Positions 51,309 through 60,884 of a stretch of 64,000 nucleotides of DNA are shown here, one piece after another. Under the pieces are notes generated by a model. That model was not told the DNA's origin. It saw nothing but the letters and a program-made list of their open reading frames with translations, and searched no databases. How positions within the stretch are numbered: the stretch's first letter is position 1; each line of letters opens with the position of its first letter. Location of the stretch: positions 36,945 to 100,944 of the forward strand of contig JBHICG010000006.1 in NCBI GenBank assembly GCA_046759445.1, given 5' to 3'. The stretch comes from Candidatus Scalinduaceae bacterium. Lineage in GTDB: Bacteria > Planctomycetota > Brocadiia > Brocadiales > Scalinduaceae. Made by a program: the position numbers and the translations under genes.

Positions 51309-51826
51309 AGTTACATCTGTATATGCCCAGTAATTAAGTAACTCTTTTGGTATAATAAATCTCATACCAAAGGAGGGCTTAATGCAATATTCACAAAAAG
51401 TTATTATAAAACGATGGATACCTATTTTAAAGGAATATGAACTAACTAAAGCAAAGGTAAATCCACGTCCATTTAAATTTGTTAAGTACCTTTGTCAGGC
51501 ACATAGCATATCAAAGAAAGAACCTGACCGTTATTATGGCAAATGGATTGAAGGTAACAAGCAACCAGAATCACTCACACCCAATAAACTAGGTCCAAAA
51601 CTAGAAGCAAGAAGAACTCCAAGGTATATAGAACGAAATATTATTAAGACATATTGTCGATTAGGATCTAATCTATACGAGATTGTGCTTCTATTTAAGC
51701 CCCATTATATGGATAAAACACCAACCCCGACCACAGTGGACAAGATAAAGCGCACTTTCTAACCTATGTTACTTTTACGTAAATCTGAAATCGATTTTCA
51801 TATTTGTTTTGAAGTTAAATGTAACT
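51309..51826 (+). mobile_element. Truncated IS481-like element (transposase N-terminus 51382-51762, no DDE core)
   Basis: YYGKW...L.P.K.GPK...RRTP..IE...YEI...TP..TTV..I..R resembles IS481 N-termini; short IR AGTTACAT and ATGTAACT. Confidence 0.6.
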
Positions 51827-52007
51827 GGTAACTCCTGATAGAGAGTCGATAAGGAAATTAGAATGCCTTGTATGAGTGCTCTACAAAGGAGAAATCTTTT
51901 TAGAAAAAAAAGTCGAAGAGACTAAAATCTATAAGATGGCCTATTACTTTCTGGAGAGAAAAGAACAAGCTAGGAAAAAAGATATAATATAATCTTAAGT
52001 TTTTAAT

Positions 52008-53273
52008 ATGAATTTATCTACTGAAAATACGCTTTTACTTTACTGTGTTCAGACCAGAATTACTAAAGATACGTTGGATTATATTAAAGGACTTCAGAGT
52101 CTTTCATTGGATTGGGAAGAGGTATTAAGGTTTGCTTTTTCGAATGATATCGCTCCACTGCTATATCACAATTTGAAAAAAATCCAGGAGAGCCATTTTA
52201 TACCCCAAGAAGTTGTGGATAGGCTAAGAAAAGCCTACTATGGGAATTTGGCCAAGAACATGTACATTTATGGGGAATTAAAGAGGATTTTGGATGTATT
52301 TCGTGAAGAAGAAATAGAAGTTATTGTCCTAAAAGGCGCATCCTTAGCTGAAACTGTCTATGGCAATGTTGGTTTAAGATGTATGAATGACATTGATCTT
52401 TTGGTAAAGAAAGAAGTCTTGGATAGATCAGACGAACTAATGGCTGAATTAGGCTATATTTCAGATGAAAGTCGGCACTCCAAAGACTGGTACAGAAAAA
52501 ATCATCGTCATTTAGCACCTTTCCTCAGTCAAGATAACAAGATTAAAATAGAAATACATCATGATATCATCCCCCCCGAAAATCCTTTCCGTATAGATAT
52601 TCGTAAATCATGGGACAGGGCACAGAGTAATGTAATAGGAGATATTAATACCCTTGTGTTGTCTCCTGAAGATTTGATAGTTCATTTATGTCTTCATTCT
52701 TTTTATTTACAGCCTTTGAAGAAGGGTTTAAGGAACCTAGTAGACATCTCTCAAGTTGTGAGATTTTATGGAGAACGCATCAATTGGGATCGGATAATAA
52801 GAGAAGCCCATGAGGGCAACTTTACGAATTTTATCTATTATCCCTTATGTTTAGCAAGAGACATATTGGGAATGGAGGTAAGAAGGGAGATTTTTGATGC
52901 TCTTAAGACCGGATCTAATATAGGGCTTTTTGAGGACTACCTGCTAGGGCAAATTACCAAAAAAAATGTTCTTTTGAGGGACCATTCTTCATCTATTATT
53001 ATTCCTGATAACCAACGGCTTCGTCACACACTATGCAAGGAACTTTTACGTGAGACTCATGTCCGCAATAAGTTAAGATCTTTATTGAAGATAATTTTCC
53101 TGCCGCGTACTGAGTCAAGCGAAAAAAGCTCCCAAACATCGATTCAAAAATTATCTTGCTTTTTTTGCCTTGTCCTTCATATCTCGAAGCTTATTTTCAA
53201 GTTATGTTACTGTTCTAGTAAAAGCATGATTAAGTGTATTTTTCATAAAACGGTCGTAAAATTAGCTCGCTAG
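52008..53273 (+). CDS. Uncharacterised nucleotidyltransferase (NTP_transf_5 family)
   Basis: VIVLKGASLA..VYG..GLR.MNDIDLLV, LGY, IEIHH, LSPED..VHLCLH, LVDI. Confidence 0.88.
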   Translation: MNLSTENTLLLYCVQTRITKDTLDYIKGLQSLSLDWEEVLRFAFSNDIAPLLYHNLKKIQESHFIPQEVVDRLRKAYYGNLAKNMYIYGELKRILDVFREEEIEVIVLKGASLAETVYGNVGLRCMNDIDLLVKKEVLDRSDELMAELGYISDESRHSKDWYRKNHRHLAPFLSQDNKIKIEIHHDIIPPENPFRIDIRKSWDRAQSNVIGDINTLVLSPEDLIVHLCLHSFYLQPLKKGLRNLVDISQVVRFYGERINWDRIIREAHEGNFTNFIYYPLCLARDILGMEVRREIFDALKTGSNIGLFEDYLLGQITKKNVLLRDHSSSIIIPDNQRLRHTLCKELLRETHVRNKLRSLLKIIFLPRTESSEKSSQTSIQKLSCFFCLVLHISKLIFKLCYCSSKSMIKCIFHKTVVKLAR

Positions 53274-53360
53274 ACAGATCTTCGGAGATGCTCTTGTGTT
53301 TACTGGGAAGAAAGGAAATTACAGCTCTTGTGAATGTCAGTATACAAATGGAAAGAGGTG

Positions 53361-53445
53361 TAATACACCCCATTAAGCAAGAAGATGTAAATTAGAGTTT
53401 TTTGATTTAAAATACCATCTTACTTAAGAAAGGGGGTGCAGTATA
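53361..53445. mobile_element. Pair of degenerate IS-end-like inverted repeats
   Basis: TACACCCCATTAAGCAAGAAGATG and CATCTTACTTAAGAAAGGGGGTGCAGTATA; left arm also present at 49286-49311. Confidence 0.5.
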
Positions 53446-53667
53446 TTAGTGTTGCTAAATTTAACCATTGAAGAAAAATCATAACTTCATCAAATCGCAC
53501 TGAATTGTATAGAGAAGTTAGTTGATTGTCTGGAAAAGTTTAATAAAGGTGAGGTAGATAACAAACAGTATGCCCGTAAGTACCTAGTTTTGCCTTAAAC
53601 AACACTCCCCATCAACAAATGTTGGAGACAGGCTTATGCATTATTGATTTTCTTTATACTACCTCAA

Positions 53668-54087
53668 TTATGTATTTACGAGTTTATTTTCAATTGTGAC
53701 ATTTTTTTTTATCTTGTCAGGTATAGCTCTGGGCTTTCTATTCTTGTCAAGACATGCAAGGACGGTAGAACCAACTGCAATTAACCTTCCTTCATCTCTA
53801 TGTATAATTTCGTAACAGAACTCAACGCTAGCATATTTCATCTTTGATAGACATGTTTTTATGATGAGAAGGTCGTCAAACCTAGCTGGCGCTCTATATT
53901 TGCAATGGGCTTCTACCACAGCCAGAAAGATGTTTTCCTTTTCAAGTTCTGAATATGAAAGTCCAAGGTGGCGTAAGTATTCTATCCTGCCCATCTCGAA
54001 GTAAACAAAGTAGTTTGAATAATATACAAAACCCATTTGGTCTGTTTCCTGGTATCTTACTCTAACGTTAATTTCATTATATTTCAT
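53668..54087 (-). CDS. Acyl-CoA thioesterase (YbgC/4HBT family)
   Basis: VRYQETDQMGFVYYSNYFVYFEMGR, Y..PARFDD. Confidence 0.92.
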   Translation of the reverse strand: MKYNEINVRVRYQETDQMGFVYYSNYFVYFEMGRIEYLRHLGLSYSELEKENIFLAVVEAHCKYRAPARFDDLLIIKTCLSKMKYASVEFCYEIIHRDEGRLIAVGSTVLACLDKNRKPRAIPDKIKKNVTIENKLVNT

Positions 54088-54250
54088 GGTAGGGCAGTAT
54101 AGAACCAGATTTGATGAAAACTAAATTGCTCAATTTATGTAATAAAAAAATCTACGGCAAAAGAAGCAAGCAAATATTGACAAATCTCCCATACCCCCTT
54201 TACTAAAGGGGGATTTATTTAGTTCGTTTACTCGATGCCATGAACTGAGT

Positions 54251-55036
54251 TTATGTCTTTGCCGCCTTAAGGAATGAATCACTGTAAATCTGTTTATTTA
54301 GAATCATTTCGGCACAGATTGCCGCATCCATCAGATTTTGATCAAGGACATCCATTAGGGCGGTATCTAACCCTGCCGCAATCGCCATTATTAACATGGT
54401 TCTATTTAACAAAGACTTTTCCTTTGTACCCTGCGAGAAATTACTCAGGCCAACTGTTATGTGTGGTGGTGGGTCAGAAAGAAGTTTTACTTGGTTGAAG
54501 ACTTCCAGCATATAAGCTGGCTGCTTTTGATCTACGTTAACTGGCAGGATGATTGGGTCAATAAAAATCTTTTCCATATCCATGCCATGTTCAGTTGCCT
54601 TTTCAACGATTGTTGCCGCTATCTCAATTCGTGTTTCGACGTCTTGAGGGACACCTGCTTTGTTCATAGTCAGACATATTAATGCTGCATTATGTTCTTT
54701 TGCAAGTGGCATGTATTCATCAAGGGCTTCGGGTTCGCCTTGTGCTGAGTTTATCATAACGTCATTTTTGGTTACTTCCAGACCGGCCTTGATTACTTCT
54801 AGTTTTTGGCTATCCAGAGCTAGAGGAGTTTTGACGGCTTCTTGAGTTACTTCAACCAGCCATCTCATAGCATCAAGTTGATCTGCGGCTGCCGTGCCAA
54901 CATTAATATCTAAATAGGTAGCTCCGGCCTCGGTCTGCTTTTTTGCTATTTCCTGGATTACTGAGGCGTTCTTGTCTTTGATTGCATTCTTAACATTCCT
55001 GAACATTCCATTAATTCTTTCTCCTATAGTTATCAT
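54251..55036 (-). CDS. acsE: Methyltetrahydrofolate:corrinoid Fe-S protein methyltransferase
   Basis: IGERINGMF, LDINVG, INS, IDP, GLSN. Confidence 0.93.
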   Translation of the reverse strand: MITIGERINGMFRNVKNAIKDKNASVIQEIAKKQTEAGATYLDINVGTAAADQLDAMRWLVEVTQEAVKTPLALDSQKLEVIKAGLEVTKNDVMINSAQGEPEALDEYMPLAKEHNAALICLTMNKAGVPQDVETRIEIAATIVEKATEHGMDMEKIFIDPIILPVNVDQKQPAYMLEVFNQVKLLSDPPPHITVGLSNFSQGTKEKSLLNRTMLIMAIAAGLDTALMDVLDQNLMDAAICAEMILNKQIYSDSFLKAAKT

Positions 55037-55051
55037 TATTTTCCTCTCCTT

Positions 55052-56011
55052 CTAAGTAAGTTTATCAATATGTTCTTTTACTATTGAAACTGCTTTAGGA
55101 TGATACATCCTGATTATGTCAACACCGGACTGTATCAAAGTTACAGCCGTAATTGCTTCCCACATGATTCCTCTTTCTGTGAATGCGCCCCATTGTGGAG
55201 CTTCACTGTCACTGGCCTTTGCCTCCTTTGCACGCCAGGCTTCGTGGCCAACATCACAGATAACCGGTGTTGCCATTTGACTATCGCCTGACAGCGCCGC
55301 TATCCTTCCTCTCTCGTGTATTGAGTAGCAATACTCTATGCCGTATCCCAGAGCGCCCGTGGTTTGAAACATAACTATTTTGTCTAGAGGGAACCCTAAA
55401 TCTGTTACCAGGATATTGACCTGTTTTCCAATGTTTATATCAACTGGAGCCTGTGTTATCAGGTTGTGTCCGTCTGCAAGGCATACGGCAGTGATAGTCT
55501 TATAATTATCTTGTGTAGCGCCTCCCAAGAGACATCTTTCTCCTGCTGCCGCCTGGCTAACCTTTGGCATAACTTCATTGTCCTTTTCATCATTTTCACA
55601 TCCCCAGATAATCAGGGGTAAATCAACGGCTTCCAGGATGGATTTAACCGTATCAACTGCATTATCGGCACTTTTATTTCCCTTGTCCGGATGTATACCA
55701 TCAAGCTTCAGACATATTAAGTCAGCGCCATACCCAGCACATTTTTTTGCCCAACTAGCAGGGTCATTTACCACGTCTTTATATTTCTCTAAAAGTGGTT
55801 CAGGCCAATCTTCAGGAGGTATATCATATACGTCTATTGCAATTGCTATCCTTTTTCCCTGATCTCCATCGAAATCCATAAAGGGAATACTTTTTGCACC
55901 GCCTACTGTCACAGCTTTCCCTCTAGTACCACCTTCATCTTTCGTTGCTCCAATAGTTACTTCTTTTACGGCACCTGTCCATTTTTCTGCTACGTTTGCA
56001 ATTTGCATCAT
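55052..56011 (-). CDS. acsD: Corrinoid Fe-S protein small subunit
   Basis: VTIGAT...GGTR, DP..WAKKC, ALGYGIEY, WEAITA, MYHP. Confidence 0.93.
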   Translation of the reverse strand: MMQIANVAEKWTGAVKEVTIGATKDEGGTRGKAVTVGGAKSIPFMDFDGDQGKRIAIAIDVYDIPPEDWPEPLLEKYKDVVNDPASWAKKCAGYGADLICLKLDGIHPDKGNKSADNAVDTVKSILEAVDLPLIIWGCENDEKDNEVMPKVSQAAAGERCLLGGATQDNYKTITAVCLADGHNLITQAPVDINIGKQVNILVTDLGFPLDKIVMFQTTGALGYGIEYCYSIHERGRIAALSGDSQMATPVICDVGHEAWRAKEAKASDSEAPQWGAFTERGIMWEAITAVTLIQSGVDIIRMYHPKAVSIVKEHIDKLT

Positions 56012-56033
56012 ATCTTCTCCATACTAAATTTAA

Positions 56034-56807
56034 TCATTTTTCTGTTGCAATCAGTACAAATTTATTCATTAAATTCTTGATCTCATTATAAACAACGTTT
56101 TCCTTACTTATTTGTAATAATGATTCACCAGACGTAATACTATCGTAGATTTCATTATTAAAAGGTGTACTGGATGATATTTCAAAACCTGCTTCTGTTA
56201 TTTCAGATTCAACCTTTTTACTTATTCCTTTTTCCGGAACCTTACAAACAACGTATATTTTTTCTTTTATCTTTATCGGTAGACTTTCTATTAATTCAGT
56301 TATTCTTTTTGCTGTGTGTACACCAATGATAGTCGATTCAAATGCTATTATGAGCAAGTCAACATCATTAGTGGTTCTGCGTGATAGATGCTCCATACCT
56401 GCTTCAGTATCAATAACTATATAAGGGTAGCTTTTTTCTGCATTGTCAAGGTACTTACGAAGAAGGTTATTGGCATAGCAATAGCATTTTGGGCCTTCAG
56501 GCCTTCCCATTGTTAATAAATCAAACTTGTTTTCCTCAACGATACTATCTTCAATACAATACTCTATATACCTGTCTTTAGACATACCTGCTGGAATATC
56601 CGCTCTTCTTTCAACTACATCATCACGGATATCAGCAATCGTACCTTCTACTTTTACGCCTAATGATATACCTAGGGATGAGTTTGGATCTGCATCAACT
56701 GCCAAAACAGCCTTGCCAAGCTCCTCTGTTATATAACGTATTATTAAGGTAGCTATGGTTGATTTGCCTGTACCACCTTTTCCTGCCATAGCGATTGTAT
56801 AAGACAT
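56034..56807 (-). CDS. cooC: CooC/AcsF nickel-insertion ATPase
   Basis: GKGGTGKST, DADP, MGRPEGPKCYC, DTEAGMEHLSR. Confidence 0.9.
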   Translation of the reverse strand: MSYTIAMAGKGGTGKSTIATLIIRYITEELGKAVLAVDADPNSSLGISLGVKVEGTIADIRDDVVERRADIPAGMSKDRYIEYCIEDSIVEENKFDLLTMGRPEGPKCYCYANNLLRKYLDNAEKSYPYIVIDTEAGMEHLSRRTTNDVDLLIIAFESTIIGVHTAKRITELIESLPIKIKEKIYVVCKVPEKGISKKVESEITEAGFEISSSTPFNNEIYDSITSGESLLQISKENVVYNEIKNLMNKFVLIATEK

Positions 56808-56809
56808 TC

Positions 56810-58762
56810 TTAACTCTTTTCTGTTAGTTGAGCATCTTGGGAAGACAATTCCTCAAGTACCGATGGGAATTCTTTGAGGTTTGTATGTGGAAGGAAGTTT
56901 GCAGACATAAATTCTTCCATATACTTTGGATTTCCCATAAGATCAAAATAAGTCATTTGAGAGGCAATTTTTTGAACTGTTTCAAATGCCTCTTCTGATA
57001 GTAAAGACATCTTGGCACCCGTTAAGGACGTATTGCCAACAAATTTTATACGTGATGTTGGCATATCCGGCAGCATACCTATCGTTATAGCGTTTCTAAC
57101 ATTTAAATAGTTTCCAAATCCTCCGGCAAGATAAACACGATGTATATCATTTATGCTTAAGCTCATAGATTCTATGAGAATTGATACTGCTGCATAAATT
57201 GCAGCTTTTGAACGCACCAAATTCGATATATCAGCTTGTGTTATCACTATTTCATTATCAATACCCGTTTCTTCTTTTTCAACCAAAACAAATTCAAATT
57301 CATCTTCTTTTTTTCTCAGTCTATCGGTTTCTATACCTTTTTGGAAATTTCCAGACCTGTCTATAATTCCACATCGCAGCATTGTGGCAATACAATCTAA
57401 TAATCCTGAACCGCATATTCCTCTTGGTGGTATATTCCCAATGGCAGAATAACTCACGTCATAATCCTTTGAAATACTCATAATTTCAATGGCTCCTTTT
57501 GCAGCCCTCATTCCATGTCGAATGCCACTACCCTCAAAAGCTGGCCCCGCAGAGGCAGAGCAACAAACCATCCATTCCTTGCTACCAAGTACTACTTCAC
57601 CATTAGTACCAATATCTATAAACAGTGAATGCATTTCTTCTTTGTCAAGCCTAATGGCGGTGGCTCCTGAAGTTATGTCTGCACCCACATAAGCTGCTAC
57701 GCTTGGAAGCGTGTAAAGGAGACCACGTCTGTTTGTGTCTATTCCTACTTGAGCTGTCCTTATTGGAGGGATAAAGTTTGCAGCAGGAAGGTATGGCTCT
57801 CTCCTTATGTTTGCAGGATCTAAACCAAGTAGGAAATGAATCATAGTTGTATTACCAGCACACACAATAGACGTTACATCATCAAGATTTACACCGTTTC
57901 TCTTAACTAAAGTTGAAATAAGGTTGTTTATATCCGATACTATTGTTCTTTGCATTTCATCCAGGGCATCATTCTGTATTACATATATTATTCTCTGGAT
58001 ATAGTCTTCTCCAAATTTCATTTGTGTATTGTAAATAGCTTCGGAATCAATAACCTTTGAGGACTCAAGGTCAAGCAGGCTTGCAACTACAGTAGTAGTT
58101 CCTATATCTATCGCAATGCCAAAGTTACTCTTACTGGTATTACCGGGTTGAATCTCGACCACTTCAAGTGTACGGCCTCGATGTCCCAGTGTTACAGTTA
58201 CATCCCAGTTATTTTGCCTTAATACTTCTGGTAGTTGTTTCAATATCCTGTAACCGGTTTGCATAATGTTTAAGTCTACTCCCTCCTTCATCATGATCGC
58301 CTGGTAAAGGCGTTCATGGTCAGCAACGTTATCGTCCATAGTGGGAGGTTCCAATTTGAGAAATACCTTTTTTACTAACGAGTCATGTTTGAATTGTGCT
58401 TTATTTAGTATTGCCTTCCATGTCAATGAATGCTGTTCGTTCTTGTCAAAAAGTATCTTTTTGCCCTCAAGTCTGGTTTCCTTGGGGATCAGAACTTGCA
58501 AATCACTGGTAACCCGTGCCTCACATGCAAGTATGTAATTCTTTTCTGTTTCCTCACTACTTAATAATTTTGTTGCCGGCGCATCAATCTTGCCACTCGA
58601 AAGGATAACCTTGCACTTTCCACATATACCATCTCCCCCACATATACTGTTAATGTAAATATTTGCCTTGTGTGCGGCATCGAGGACAGTATTTCCTTCC
58701 TCTATTTCTACAATCTTATCATTAGGAAGGAAATGGATTTTGAAAGTGTTATTCTCAGACAT
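56810..58762 (-). CDS. acsV: Corrinoid reductive activator (RACo/AcsV; 2Fe-2S + ASKHA)
   Basis: CGGDGICGKC...LAC, DIGTTT, DIGTNGE, AGPAFEG, GICGSG, LAGGFG. Confidence 0.9.
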   Translation of the reverse strand: MSENNTFKIHFLPNDKIVEIEEGNTVLDAAHKANIYINSICGGDGICGKCKVILSSGKIDAPATKLLSSEETEKNYILACEARVTSDLQVLIPKETRLEGKKILFDKNEQHSLTWKAILNKAQFKHDSLVKKVFLKLEPPTMDDNVADHERLYQAIMMKEGVDLNIMQTGYRILKQLPEVLRQNNWDVTVTLGHRGRTLEVVEIQPGNTSKSNFGIAIDIGTTTVVASLLDLESSKVIDSEAIYNTQMKFGEDYIQRIIYVIQNDALDEMQRTIVSDINNLISTLVKRNGVNLDDVTSIVCAGNTTMIHFLLGLDPANIRREPYLPAANFIPPIRTAQVGIDTNRRGLLYTLPSVAAYVGADITSGATAIRLDKEEMHSLFIDIGTNGEVVLGSKEWMVCCSASAGPAFEGSGIRHGMRAAKGAIEIMSISKDYDVSYSAIGNIPPRGICGSGLLDCIATMLRCGIIDRSGNFQKGIETDRLRKKEDEFEFVLVEKEETGIDNEIVITQADISNLVRSKAAIYAAVSILIESMSLSINDIHRVYLAGGFGNYLNVRNAITIGMLPDMPTSRIKFVGNTSLTGAKMSLLSEEAFETVQKIASQMTYFDLMGNPKYMEEFMSANFLPHTNLKEFPSVLEELSSQDAQLTEKS

Positions 58763-58902
58763 GTTTACCTTAAAGTAGATATATGGGCGTGAAAGAATAA
58801 AGTCTTAACATATATAAAGTGGTCAAAGATGGTTAAATTCTAACATTATTTTATTAAGGCAATTCTTAGAATTGCACGTAAATATTGAAAATGTGCCTAT
58901 AT

Positions 58903-60240
58903 TTAATGCCATGTAGATTTTAAATATGTTGGTAAACCAGACGCTTCTTTTGGACCTACCAACACTTCCCATTTCGTAGTTTCCTGTATCTTGGCTGAAA
59001 GTACTGCTACAAGACCAGGAATAATGAGTTTTTTATGTTTTACTTTTTCTTCTATTTTTGTATCAGCCATGGCCTTTGCAACAACGCTTTCATTTAACTT
59101 GTCACCAGAATATGCTGTTAGTACTGAGGTTCCTTCCGTTTCAACAGCCAGAATGTAAGCTGGCGTACGGCTCGCTTCCACCTCTCCTTCTACTGTATAG
59201 TAGGTCAGAGAGAAATTTGTCGTAAACATGACAGGTGAATTTTCGGTAACCTGTCCGACTTCATAAAGTTTTGGTTCAACTTGAACAGGTTTTTGTGGGT
59301 CAGTAAATATGTTTTGACGCACAGTTAATAATGGCATAATCTGCCATGGTTCACAAGCGTCTATTACCACTATTCCAGCGTATTTCGCTAAAAAAGCGCT
59401 TGCGCTTGCAATCTCCTGAGCCGGGTCACTATTTGGTATGTACGTTAAAGCCGGAAAACCCAGCGAACGGAATGCCTTCTTCAAGGCTGCTCTTCTTATT
59501 TTGGAGAGTCCCTGTAAAATTTCTTTTGTATTTTCAGAGGTTTGGTGTAAGACCATTTCAGTAACTCCAGTTCCCTTAATTTTCTCAGTCAGATCTGCCA
59601 AATCCTCTAAGGTAGGAGCGCTTACGGTTAAAGGGCAATTCTTTTCCTTTGCAATATTTGCCATTGATTCCCAGTTTTCTGCGTTTGCTCCATGAATTAA
59701 GGGCTTCTTGTCTGCACATACCTCTAAAGCAGCCTTCATACCGTCGGCTGATTTACTTTCAAGTATCATAGACAAATGTGTATTGCCGCTTACTTCCTTT
59801 GCCCTTTCAGAAAATTTTAACGCATCTCCGCTATTATTTTGTAATGCAATGAGGTCTATTTCAATCTCTGTACCCACACGCGTAAACTTGAGACCGTTTA
59901 TCTTGTTTAACCTTTCCTTAAATGCTCCATCGTCGAGGTTGTCACTCAAGGTTATCGCGACTCCAGTGGGGTTATAGAATTTTTCATCATGTCTGAAGAG
60001 CACATTCTCTTCGCCTGCTTTTACTTGTTTTTCACCTGTCCCCACGGTTACTAGTTTAATGGGTGGCGCTGAAGCTGCGCCAAGCTTGGCTTTTGCTTCT
60101 TCGCTTACGTCCGGGCAATCTTTCAGCTCAGCTTTCTTTTGTGCCAACTGCATTGCAAATGCCAAGCATGTTGGCCTACCGCATTTTTTGCAGTTTGTTT
60201 TTGGGAGAAGTTTAAAGATCTCAAGGCCTGTCAGTGCCAT
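58903..60240 (-). CDS. acsC: Corrinoid Fe-S protein large subunit
   Basis: LPKTNCKKCGRPTCLAFA...CP, IFTDPQKP, TTNFSLTY. Confidence 0.95.
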   Translation of the reverse strand: MALTGLEIFKLLPKTNCKKCGRPTCLAFAMQLAQKKAELKDCPDVSEEAKAKLGAASAPPIKLVTVGTGEKQVKAGEENVLFRHDEKFYNPTGVAITLSDNLDDGAFKERLNKINGLKFTRVGTEIEIDLIALQNNSGDALKFSERAKEVSGNTHLSMILESKSADGMKAALEVCADKKPLIHGANAENWESMANIAKEKNCPLTVSAPTLEDLADLTEKIKGTGVTEMVLHQTSENTKEILQGLSKIRRAALKKAFRSLGFPALTYIPNSDPAQEIASASAFLAKYAGIVVIDACEPWQIMPLLTVRQNIFTDPQKPVQVEPKLYEVGQVTENSPVMFTTNFSLTYYTVEGEVEASRTPAYILAVETEGTSVLTAYSGDKLNESVVAKAMADTKIEEKVKHKKLIIPGLVAVLSAKIQETTKWEVLVGPKEASGLPTYLKSTWH

Positions 60241-60277
60241 ATATTAATCATTACTGTGAAATGTATATACTAATAAC

Positions 60278-60865
60278 TTATTTAATATCATCTAGTGTCT
60301 TAACAATTTTATTTAACAATCCGTATTTAACTCCCTCTTCGGCAGACATCCAATAATTTCTCTTAGTATCGTTTTCAACCTTTTCAACCTTCTGACCTGT
60401 TTCTACAGCTATTAAATTATTAATCTTCTCACGACATTTAAGTATCTCACTTGCTTCTATTTGGATATCAGATGCTGTGCCATGCACTCCTGTGGATGGT
60501 TGATGAATAAGTATTCGAGAATTTTCCAGACTGAATCTATTCTCCTTTTTTGCACCGATAAGGATTATAACGGCTGCACTGGCAGCAACACCAGCACAAA
60601 TGGCCTTAACTTTTGGCTTAACAAATTTCATCATGTCGTATATGGCAAATCCTGCATCCGCATCTCCGCCAGGAGAATTGATAAAGATTTTGATATCTTC
60701 CTTAGGACTTTCTTGTTCAAGTATTAAGAGTTGAGCAATCACTCTTTGAGCCAATTGCTTGGTGATTACGTCCGCAATTACTATCGTTCGGCTCTTCATG
60801 AGCTTTTTTGATAGGAAGTCAAAACGTTCGTAACCCTTTTCTTCTTCCTCTTCTTGTATATACAT
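60278..60865 (-). CDS. clpP: ClpP-family protease subunit (catalytic Asp position is Asn)
   Basis: INSPGG, AASAA, IHQP, DTKRNYWMSAEE. Confidence 0.88.
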   Translation of the reverse strand: MYIQEEEEEKGYERFDFLSKKLMKSRTIVIADVITKQLAQRVIAQLLILEQESPKEDIKIFINSPGGDADAGFAIYDMMKFVKPKVKAICAGVAASAAVIILIGAKKENRFSLENSRILIHQPSTGVHGTASDIQIEASEILKCREKINNLIAVETGQKVEKVENDTKRNYWMSAEEGVKYGLLNKIVKTLDDIK

Positions 60866-60884
60866 TTAATATTCCTTTCTTTCC

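Noticed and set aside
49673..53273. Canonical lasso peptide or PQQ cluster
   Set aside because: No lasso cyclase, B2 protease or pqqBCE; the peptide lacks lasso leader/core features and the PqqA ExxxY motif
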